DNA of 64,000 nt. Origin: Minutocellus sp. GHC0000111. Taxonomy: Eukaryota. The translations under genes were made by a program, and so were the position numbers. The stretch lies in NCBI GenBank assembly GCA_977018835.1, contig OZ361257.1, forward strand, positions 1,302,001 through 1,366,000. Direction: 5' to 3'. The notes under the pieces are model-generated. The model saw only the letters and a program-made list of their open reading frames with translations. It ran no database searches and was not told the DNA's origin. Shown here piece after piece: positions 23,883 to 34,142 of this stretch; the stretch's first letter is position 1, and every line of letters starts with the position of its first letter.

Positions 23883-25511
23883 ATGTCGGAAGATCTCTGC
23901 GATGTCGGCCTGTATGGCCTTGCCGTAATGGGGCAAAATTTCGCTCTCAACATTGCGAGCAAGGGCTTCAAGATCTGCGTTGGCAACCGTTCCCCCGCCA
24001 AGGTCGATCTGACCGTCGAGAGGGCCAAGAAGGAGGGAAACCTTCCGCTCGTCGGCGCCAAGAGTCCGGAGGAGTTCATCTCCAAGCTGGCCAAGCCGCG
24101 CAAGGTCATCATTCTCGTCATGGCAGGGAAGCCCGTCGATGAGACCATTGCCAAGCTTAGCTCCCTCATGGAGGAGGGCGATGTAATTTTGGACGGAGGC
24201 AATGAGTGGTACCCCAACTCCATCCGCCGGGCGGAGGAGCTGCAGCCCAAGGGCATCCACTTCGTCGGGATGGGAATTAGCGGCGGAGAAGAGGGAGCGC
24301 GCAACGGCCCCAGTCTCATGCCCGGCGGACCCAAGGCCGCATACGACCTGATGGAACCCATCATTACCAAGTGCGCCGCCCAGGTTGCGGACGGTGCGTG
24401 TACTGGCTACGTGGGTCCAGTGGGTTCGGGCAACTACGTCAAGGTGAGACGAATGAATAGAATCGATTCATGCTGAACGAAAGCGCATCTACTGACGATT
24501 GTACATGCATGTTTTGTTCTAATGCTCACGTCAAGTGTTTATGCCCAACATCCCCACCCCTCCTTTCGCTAAACTGTCAAACCGTAGATGGTCCATAATG
24601 GAATCGAGTATGGTGACATGCAGCTGATTGCCGAAGTTTACGATGTCCTCAAGTCCATCATTGGAATGAGTAACGAGGAAATGTCCAAGACCTTCGCCAA
24701 GTGGAACGAGGGAATTCTGGAATCGTATCTGATCGAGATTACCGCCAAGATCCTGGCCAAGCCGGACGAGATCACCGGAGAAGGATATGTCGTGGACTAC
24801 ATTCTGGACAAAACGGGAAGCAAGGGAACCGGAAGGTGGACAGTGCAGGAGGCCGCTGAACAGAGTGTCGCTGCCCCCACGCTGGCCGCTGCCCTCGATT
24901 CCAGGTACATCAGTAGCCGCAAGGAAGAGCGGTCGAAGGCATCGGCGTTGCTCAACGGACCGACGGACATTCCAAACGTGTCCAAATTTCAGATCATCGA
25001 AGACCTTGAGGCTGCACTGTATGCCGCCAAGATTTGCTCGTATGCGCAAGGATTGGGAATCATCAAGGCTGCCTCTGATGTCAAGGACTGGAATGTTAAC
25101 CTGAGTCAGTGCGCCAAGATGTGGAAGGGCGGATGCATTATCCGTGCCAAGCTTTTGGACAAGATCCAGGGTGCCCTGACGACCGATCCCAACCTCCCCA
25201 ACGTCATGGTCGACCCGACCTTTGCCGCCGAGCTCAACGAGAGGCAGCTTGCGTGGAGGAGAATTGTAACTCTGTGCATTGCATCTGGCATTTCGTGCCC
25301 CGCTCTGTGCGCCTCGCTCAACTACTACGATTCATACCGCCGCGAATCCCTCCCTGCCAACCTAACTCAGGCACAGAGGGACTTCTTCGGAGGGCACACC
25401 TATGAGCGTATTGATCGCGAGGGTCCCTTCCACTGCGCTTGGACTGATGCTCACAAGGGTATCGGTGACATTTCCGAGCGTACCGCTGGAGAAAACGCGT
25501 CCCGTCTTTAG
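23883..25511 (+). CDS. PGD: 6-phosphogluconate dehydrogenase, decarboxylating; intron 24444-24587
   Basis: GLYGLAVMGQN, DGGNE, SGGEEGARNGP, YVK|MVHNGIEY, KGTG, QAQRDFFG; no targeting leader. Confidence 0.97.
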
Positions 25512-25852
25512 ACCACAGTGTATGGCAAAAGCCGAGAATTTTTATGATCTGGGTGCCAAAGAATAAAAGTGTCTGTGCAGAAGATTCGGCCATGTATGAG
25601 CCAAGATTGGTGTCCGTTATAAGATTGAGTAAAATGTTTTCCATCTATTTGCATGATATCTATCTATTCATTCATTTACGTAGGAGGATAGCAGAATGAA
25701 CTAAAAGTGAGCCGATCACAACGATGCCGAAATAGTTGATACACTCATGGTCGTGTTTATTCCGTTTCGGCCCTGATTCAAACCAATCACACTGCGCCAA
25801 CCCGTGCTACAATCGTCCTGCAGCTCAATCATTATTATGTGTATGTAGCCAT

Positions 25853-26797
25853 TCAGCGACCCTTGGTCCTGGGATTGCTCTTCACCATGAAATCTCCCTT
25901 CACGTAAGGCCCATTCTCCTCTTCCCAGGCGTCACACTCATCGCTGAATTCATTCATTTCGCATGGATTGATGGCGCCGTACTGCTGCCCGCCCGGGAAA
26001 CTAATTACTCGCAAACTACCAAAAGAAAGAGGACCAATTCCGTTCTCAAATTCGGCAACGTTCTTCTCCATGGGAACGGCGGCGATGAACTCGAATTCAA
26101 CCTTCTTATCCTTGGTCGTTACAGCTTCGATCATGGCGAACTGCCCAGCATCGGTTCCACCGTCGGGATTATTTGCCAGTACTGATTCACCAGTATCAGC
26201 ATCATTCACGTATCCATACACGCCCACCTTTTCGAGATCCTGAACGAAGGAAAAGAAAGGATACATGAACCAATGCGAAGAATCAAAGTAATCAAAATGA
26301 GGATGATGATGACTGATTTTCAATCTCTCGGACTAGCTCTGGGACTGACGGCTTACCTTCTCGGGAGGTCCCTCCAGATCAGCCTTGACGGTAACGCAAA
26401 GACCTCTCATTCCCTTCATGGCCTTCTCTCCTGGGATGGGCTTGCTGGGCGGGCATGGTGCGGCGCTGTACTGCGGATTCTTTAGGCTGATTTTAACGGG
26501 CCCGACAGCTTCGGCCGGTCCACCGGTACTGGGCGTGAGCTGCGTTGCCGTGAGAGCACCCAGCGACAAGGCCGCGGAATGACCGAGGAAGGACCGACGC
26601 GTGCTGGCGATGGCGCCGGTGATTTCACCGCCGTCACTGCTGGCAGCATCGTCAGTGGTGGCACTCATCCGAAGAGCACATGATGGAGGTGATGGCGAAG
26701 CTCGGGTTGTCGTCGAAGGGGAAAATGCAGAGCAGGAATTTGATGAGGTGGCCACAATGAAAAGGCCAATAACGCCCTGCAGAGAGAGGGATACCAT
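25853..26797 (-). CDS. Predicted plastid/lumen protein of unknown function; intron ~26240-26356
   Basis: Signal peptide CSA|FSP, RRSFL twin-arginine motif, AEA cleavage; AAG|gtaagc...cag|GAT joins the two ORFs. Confidence 0.75.
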
Positions 26798-27321
26798 CGT
26801 GTGAAATACAAAGGCGGTTGAGTTTTGGTTGCATTCAAGCCGTGGTGGGCTTTATGTTAGTTGGTGAGGCCTCGGCTGTGAGACTGACTCGACGACGACT
26901 CACTCACTCCTCGACGTCCTCGACTGACCGACCTGGCAACACGCTTCGTCTCGCGCGGAAGATCCATGATTTGACTGCTGACGCACTGACGCATTTGAGA
27001 GGTCTCCCATGAGGGCGGGAGGGAATTCGTTGATGTGCAATTCTAGCTAGAGGCCGTGTCGGAGTTTTTTCGCGTCCAAATCGTAATTTCTGCCAAGGTT
27101 TCTTTGCGTCAGCAGATTGAGAAGTCGCCTTCATCTGACGCGTCAGCACTTTGTGTTCAGCAAGCCAGCTGTGGCCAAGACATTTCTTCTTTTCTGAACC
27201 GAAAACGGGAAACCGGAGGTCCTCACCATACTAGTACTAGTACCTAAGGTACGGCCAACCAACATCACAATATGTATGAAACGGCAAATCAAACCATCGT
27301 GCAAAAGAAACGTTCCAAAGC

Positions 27322-28873
27322 ATGAAAGCAGACAAGAACCCACCAATTCCATCGAAAGGAAGGAGAGGTAGGCAAGGCAAAACCAAACGGTGCCACCAGG
27401 ACGAGGACTGCTGTGGGGGCGCTGGGCTGATGACCCTGGCTGCATCCGAGGCAACACCCAACGACGTCCTCTTTGGCCGAGGTTGCAGCCAATCGCCTGG
27501 GAATGTGGCCTTCCGCCAGCTCATTGCCGAGAGGGGCGACGATTACATCGACCAAGAGAGACATGAAGAACGCCTTCGCTGAGCGCTTGGTCGATGAGAT
27601 CGCCTCGAGGGGTGGTCGCTTCCTGGTCCCTGTGAAGGAAGAGATGTTGGGCGCCGCCGCCAAAAGCAGATTGTTGTTAGGCCTAGAGTCGTCTGGACCG
27701 ACGACTACGACGAAAGGAAAGAAAAAGGGAAAAGTAATGGGGGCAGACTTCTGGATGGTAGCCGAGCGTGATATTGTAGCGGAGAAGGTGAAGCAGGGCT
27801 TGCGTGACTTTGTAGCCGCTGAAGATAAGAAGCAGGGCGGCAACTTTTCATCAGCGACAACGAACAGCGTCAGGACAAAGAAACGACGTCGAATTTCAGA
27901 TTGCTCAACAAGAACTCCAGCGTCGACTTCATCGTCTTCTTCGGCGAGTATGGAGATGAACGTAAATACCAGCGCGACTTCCCTTTTGCCGCTTCAGAAT
28001 TCAGCTGACTCAGCGTCGAGGATTCCCAAATGTATCGTTTCTTCGAGTTCTTCCACTGCAACGTCAAGAACAGAGGCAGAAAGAACAACAATTACGATGA
28101 CGACAGGCCGAGGTGAAAGCACGAATACGCACAGCGTCGCACCTCCGGATATTACGGCGGCTATGCTTGCCTCTCAGAGTTTTCATGACTTTCTTTCTAC
28201 CATCGCTAAACCCACCAGGGATAGTGGACAACAAGTCAGCACGCGAGGCGTCGCTCTTCCTCCCACTTCGAACAGCGTTATTGCCATCGCCAGTTCTGGT
28301 ACCAGCGCCGGTGCCTTTCCTATCGCAGACCCACCACATTTCAATCCAGACGCCGGGGTCTCTTCTGGCAACGCTACACAACACCCTCCTTTAGCACATG
28401 CAGACTTATCAGCCATGCGCCAACAATTTATCATTAGTTCTGCTGGCGAGACTGGGCCTGTAACTGATGCTTCATGTATTCCAACCATGGGCGGCGTTGC
28501 TGCGGGATATCAACTCCCGTACACCATGCTAGCACCGTCGTTGATGTCGTCAATCCACCAAGCAACACATGCTACCAGCAATACACCATCGTCTATGACT
28601 ACGACAGCAGCAGCATCGCTTCCTTTCCCTTTTGCCAATCCTACTGACGCTCAGGCCACCACATACAGCAGCAGCACTTCACGACTATCAAATCTGCCAA
28701 CCTCTTTGTCCTCCGGTCATTCTGCAACCACGCATGCAGGTCCATCGTCGATTGCCAGCGCTTCGCAGATGCCAACACAGGCCCAGTGCCCTCCTCCCCG
28801 GCCACTTGAGGCCGGTGCTGCTGCTGGTGACGACGACTTTCAGAGAGTTCTTGGCTGGCTCCAACAACAATGA
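27322..28873 (+). CDS. DUF6824-type protein, paralog 1; apparent +1 frameshift at ~27547
   Basis: NDVLFGRG...PGNVAFRQLI, then in shifted frame RLVDEIASRGGRFL...W...EKVKQGLRD; long Ser/Thr tail. Confidence 0.75.
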
Positions 28874-29031
28874 CGATCTACACATGTACCGGTGGTATAA
28901 TGCGTGTATGTAACTAAAATTCTATAGCACTTACATGTACACGTAGATCTAGACGTTTTACCGAGTTGTCGCGTTGAATATATAGATCTATGTAAATTTG
29001 CACATGCTACCGGTAGCTGATGAATGTAGTA

Positions 29032-29209
29032 CAGTCCGTCCCCGAAAATAAGCATATCCATTCTGGAGCTGAGGTCTCAGTATGCTTATTTTGGAATAAG
29101 GCATTTTAACACGAATGAGATGCCAATTCTATCTTAGAATAAGCAATAGGCCCAAAATCTGAGGTCTCAAACAAGCATATTGAATATGCTTATTTTCGGG
29201 GACCGACTG
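29032..29209. mobile_element. 178-bp MITE, Tc1/mariner-type (TA target duplication)
   Basis: 29-bp TIRs CAGTC(C/G)GTCCCCGAAAATAAGCATAT(C/T)CA (2 mismatches) with TA on both sides (29030-31, 29210-11); internal CTGAGGTCTCA twice; no ORF. Confidence 0.88.
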
Positions 29210-29378
29210 TACCGGTACATTAATTATCGATCGTTCGTCGTCCTCGTCTTGCTTCTCGCCATCATAAGTCTGGCAGTCACTTTCGAATTACGGTAGATCT
29301 GCCAACCAACAATCCTGGTGCTGCCTGGCGAGATATGTAATAATTTTGGTCCGATTGACACCGGCACCATTTCCTACG

Positions 29379-29447
29379 TGAAATTATGATGTGTGCTTTT
29401 GCTAATGCAAGTGCGGCAGCCTACTTTCAGATGCATAGGGTTCTATT
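29379..29447 (+). repeat. Inverted copy of 32527-32591 (putative LINE 3' end)
   Basis: TGAAATTATGATGTGTGCT(T/C)TTGCTAATGCAAGTGCGGC...ATAGGGTTCTATT matches the reverse complement of 32527-32591. Confidence 0.8.
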
Positions 29448-29779
29448 CTCTTCCACTAGAGCTACATGTAGCTACTAGATCTAGACGGGACGACGACACC
29501 CTGCACCACCACCACCCAGCAGGCGGCGAGAACAGGTTTTGCCATGTCATTTGGAATTGTCTCTGTGTCAGAAAGAAATTTCTTGCAAAAGAAACCCGGC
29601 GCGGCCGCATGCATCTGCCTGGAGGAACCCATCTTTCCTTGGCTGGGATTACGGCGACGAGAGATTCAAGTACATCTCTTAGGCGTGGCACCATTCAGGT
29701 CCGCGCCTCTGTGCAATCAATTTTCGCACCAGATACAGTCGATACACATAGCATAGCATAGCACAGCGCGGAGAGGCAG

Positions 29780-32364
29780 ATGTCGTCGACGTCGTCTCCC
29801 GACACGGCGTATGGCAGCACGGAGGAGAGCGGCGGCGAGGGCGGGACTGCCACTGCCAGTTCTACCGCCGCGGGGGCCATGGTCCATGCCTCTCAAATCA
29901 ACGATGCCGACGTCCTGTTCGGTCGGGGCGGGAAGAGCAATCCGGGCAACGCGGCCTTCCGGCAGCTCGTGGCGGACCACGCCGAGGAGTACTCCCGGGT
30001 GAAAAGGGCGCGGAAGACCCAGATATCCCGTCAGCTGATCGATGAGGTTGCGTCGAGGGGCGGCCGGTTCCTCGTTGCCGTCAAGGACAGCCAGGCTCCG
30101 AAGGGAGGGAAGTTGCCGGGCGGCGGCGAAGGTGGCGATCCCCGTCAGCCTCAGTGGAAGGTCGCCAAGTGGAGGAAGGTGGCGACCGACGCGGTCGCGA
30201 TGGAAAAGGCCAAGCAGAGTCTTCGTGACACCGCCGCCAAGGATGCGCCGGCCAAGAGCGCTAGCAGCGGTACATGTACTAGTAGCGGTGGTGGCGCTAC
30301 CTCCTCTTCCAGCGATGCAAGCCCGGCCAAACAGGGCAAGAAGAAGAAACAGACAACAAAAAGGCCCCAGCAGCCTCCGCAACATCCCCCTCAGAAGCAA
30401 CGAGAGGTCGTCAAGACGAGCTTGGACTTCGATGAGATCTCGGGTTTCGTTACAGCCACCGCCACGACGACAACTACCACCACAACAATCACAACGACAA
30501 CTACCCACACCACAACCACAGTGCCCGAAGCGCCGTCGGTCCAGCCAGAGGTGCAGGATTTCGAGGAAATATTGAACCTACTCTCCGACGACGACGAGGA
30601 TGGCAACGTCGAACAGGCGCTGGAGGAGTGCCTTGGCGGTGGGGATATATCGGTCAACCTCTCGGCAGCAGCAGAGGAGCTGCTGCATCAGTCACCGACG
30701 CCGCTGCCCTACTCTGCCACGAACGATCCTCCTTCGATCCGAACTGGAGGCATCACAAGGTCTATCTCTTCGGAAAAGAGTGGGGGGGGGGCACGGCAAC
30801 GTCGTCAAGCCAGGCCGCTGATGGAGCAAGTCTCCCGTCCAGTACTGCCCATGCTGCAGTAAGCCCCGTGGACTCGTTTGCTCCTACCGCTGGTGTTGGT
30901 TGCACAATTTCTCCCGTTGACAATACCTTCAATACAATGCCGCCACAGCCTCCTTGTCAACAGATTAATCGTGCCATGATGCCGAATGCTTATTATCAAC
31001 AACGGGGCGATGGACAAAATGGTAGTGGATCCCGTGCGAGTGCCAAACCAATAAAGAGTCGAACCATCGCCACGGGACGCATAGCCAACGATGACGAAGA
31101 CTTGCAGAAGATTCTAGGGTGGTTCCGAGAGGACGAAAAGGCCGAAAGCCCGGGAATATCCTCAGCGACGGACGATTCTCCTGCTGGAGGGCAGATGCAC
31201 AATTGTGGCGTCGACCTTTCCTTTCCACACCTCCAATCCATAGCGGAGGGCATGGCGATGCCCCTTTCCTCTACCGGCATTCCTACGAATAATTTATCTC
31301 CCGGGGCGATGCCGCTTGGTGTTGCGCCTTATGAAACTGGAGCTCCCTTGCCTCCCGTTCCTCAAGATACTTTGACTCCGGAAGAGTTGTCAATGGTAGC
31401 GCCCAACAACTCGATTGGTAATGGAATGCCTGCATCGTTTGCATCTAATCAGCAGCAGCAGCCGATTTTGAACGGTGGTTTCATCCAGCAGCAACTGTTC
31501 CAACAGCAGCAGCCTATGAATATGAACCAGTCACTACCGGCATTCGATGAACAGCCAAACCTCCAGAGCTTTCAGCGGCACCAGCGCGCTAATCCCAACA
31601 CCACCGGTGTCCAACAAGGAGCACCGAAACGCGCGCGGTACGAAGAGCCGGCGCCGACCACCGACCGCCTCGCCCCGTTGTATGAGTGGGGCACAGAGCT
31701 GGACGAGGTCACGCAGAATTGCCTCGAGTACAGTCTTCCCGTCACTCTCCCGGCTCTCTCGTGGTTGCTGGGATACTCCCGCGCTGGCATCTGGTTCTGC
31801 GTCCTCACCGTTGTCTTTCACACCCTGGAGAGTGCTATTACCAATTTTGGTCCACGAACGCAGAGTTTTCGTTTCCCCTTCGCGCCGCTCGATCCAGTTA
31901 CGCACATGCTCATCGACTGTGGCATTATTTGGGGGCATTCGCTCATCTTTGCTCTCTTTCCCCATCACTTTGGTCCTCATCCATACATTCTGTCGTTTTG
32001 CATTTGGTGCACCCTACCTTACTACGTCGCATCGAGCTACAAAACACATGTGTACAAGGTCCGCAGAGAAGAGCTTATGGCAAGCAACGAGAGTGATGAC
32101 CATAAGAAAGAAGTTGGCGATGAAACGACGATTGGGATCGCAGGTGCTGAGGTGCTATCCTCGGACGAATCATCATCGACGACGACATCTTCCTCTCGTT
32201 CTTCCGAAGCAGAAGATTTTCGTCATACCATGCCACATCTGATTGAAGAAAATGAGGCACCAGAGAGGAGCAAATGCAAACCCTCACCCTCCTCGTCACA
32301 CTTGGAATATGCACATGTTCGTTATGGACGAAAAGTTGTGCTTGTCAAGTGGAAAGAGGCATGA
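29780..32364 (+). CDS. DUF6824-type protein, paralog 2, with Gln-rich region and C-terminal hydrophobic domain; apparent frameshift in G10 run 30782-30791
   Basis: ADVLFGRGG.SNPGNAAFRQLV...LIDEVASRGGRFL...EKAKQSLRD; ORFs 29780-30862 and 30628-32364 join across the G run. Confidence 0.75.
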
Positions 32365-32526
32365 TTAGGGACACATCGTGTAGCTCTAGCTGAGGTGGAA
32401 GAAAAGGCAGCACCACATCACCAAGCAAGAGGGGGCACCGTCCTTCTCCTTCATATTACAGTACATTTGCTGAAAATAGTGTGGTGGTGGTGGTGTCGTC
32501 CCGCTAAGTATAGCTTAGATCTATCT

Positions 32527-33615
32527 AATAGAACCCTATTCGAAAATAGGTAGCCGCACTTGCATTAGCAAGAGCACACATCATAATTTCATATAAACAT
32601 AAAAAGGTTGTAAATCACATGGTATCAATAGGTTCAACTCACAAGTCTCGATCTCGCCAAGCATCAGGGTTGTTGGCTGGAACAAATCCTTCGAAAGTAG
32701 CTGCCAGATTAAGTCTGGCTGACCTGCTCCTTGTAGTTCTTCTCGGTACGGGTACTTCTGTGTCTTCGTCGACGGATGCTATTACTGCAGCTACTGTAGC
32801 ATTAGTAAGAGCATTTATCATCGGAGACATGGTAGCACGCTCGACACTCTGAGTCGAACGGGGAGACAGTTCATTGACGGCTACTTCAACATCTTCAGCA
32901 GTGAACGGCTCTGTGATGATGTTATCGTTGTCGGTGAGGAGGGAGCATTGGACATAGGTAGGTCCATGGCGAAAATTGCAGCTATCGCAAAAGGGCGGTC
33001 GGCTCAACGGTGATAAGCACGGTGGGCCAATGCAGTCTGCACATTGACAGTTACTGCAAATGGTAGGGCCAGAATCATTGCTTGGTGTTGATGGCAGTTG
33101 GATCGTCGTGCGGGATCTCCGAGGAGGGACTCGGCCTAATTCGGAAGGCTTAAAGGCCGAATATGCGCCCGGTTCTAGTCCGAGACATCGTTCCATCATC
33201 GCTGGCCACTGGTTGGACTGCACTAATTCGAAGAGAGGTTTGACTCGAGTGCTGACTTCGATCGATCGGCCGCTGTCAGCGATTGCAAATGGCGCCATTA
33301 TCTGAACGTCATCTTCAAGGAGTGAAGCTTCTGCGATTCGCCTGAGACTATCGGCATGAGAATGTGCGACCGTCTTGATGACCGTGGTGTGAAAAGGCTC
33401 TGGATCTACTTCTTCGTCGGTCCAGCATGCATGGGTGAATTCTACGAATGCATCGAACAATTCATCACTCTCTCTGATGATTTTGTAGGCTTCGATTGGC
33501 ACTCCGTCGACGCCCGGAGATTTCTCGCAAGCAGCTCTGGCGATGGCATGATCTATCTCATCTCTTGACGGCAGTTCACCTAACTCTGCGACTATCGCAC
33601 GTTGCTCGATGACCT
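32527..33615 (-). mobile_element. 5'-truncated, internally deleted non-LTR retrotransposon (RTE/L1-like) relic
   Basis: The frame upstream of ORF 32639-33502 reads ELPSRDEIDHAIARAACEKSPGVDGVPIEAYK...CW...DPEPFHTTVIKTV (LINE RT domain-0 pattern). The expected PKKGD/YADD core is absent; the 3' UTR is repeated at 29379. Confidence 0.7.
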
Positions 33616-34142
33616 CAGAAAATAGTGTATAATTAGATCTAGCATAGGTAATGTTTTGCTTGTAGTAATATTAATAGATCTATTGTGAGTGTGCATGAGA
33701 GCCTCTTAATCTGAAGTGTGCATGATGAGTCCTCGAGTCGAGTCTGGACTTGTATGGAGACCGGCTGACAATGGCAGCAGGCAGCCCCCCCCCCCCGGCG
33801 AGAGCAGATAGATGCGCGCGATGCACATTGGTCTGGCCTTCGCCTCCCGCACTGCCTTCCGCTCTTTCGCCCGCCCCATTTCTTTATTATTGCTGATGCG
33901 GGCAAGGGCTCCGGAAGATGAGATGATAAGAACAGATGCATCTTCCTACCCTTGATTTGCCATTACTGTAAGGGGTCAAAGATCAACAAGCAGGCGCCGC
34001 GGTGGTTCTGTTGAACGGTTGACTGGACGACGGAAAAGAACACAGTCATACAACCAAACGCCAACTCCGCCCCAGCACCGCATCTGAAAAGTGTGCCGCC
34101 GCTGCTGCTGCTACCGGGCTTGCACATTGGACGATTCAATCA

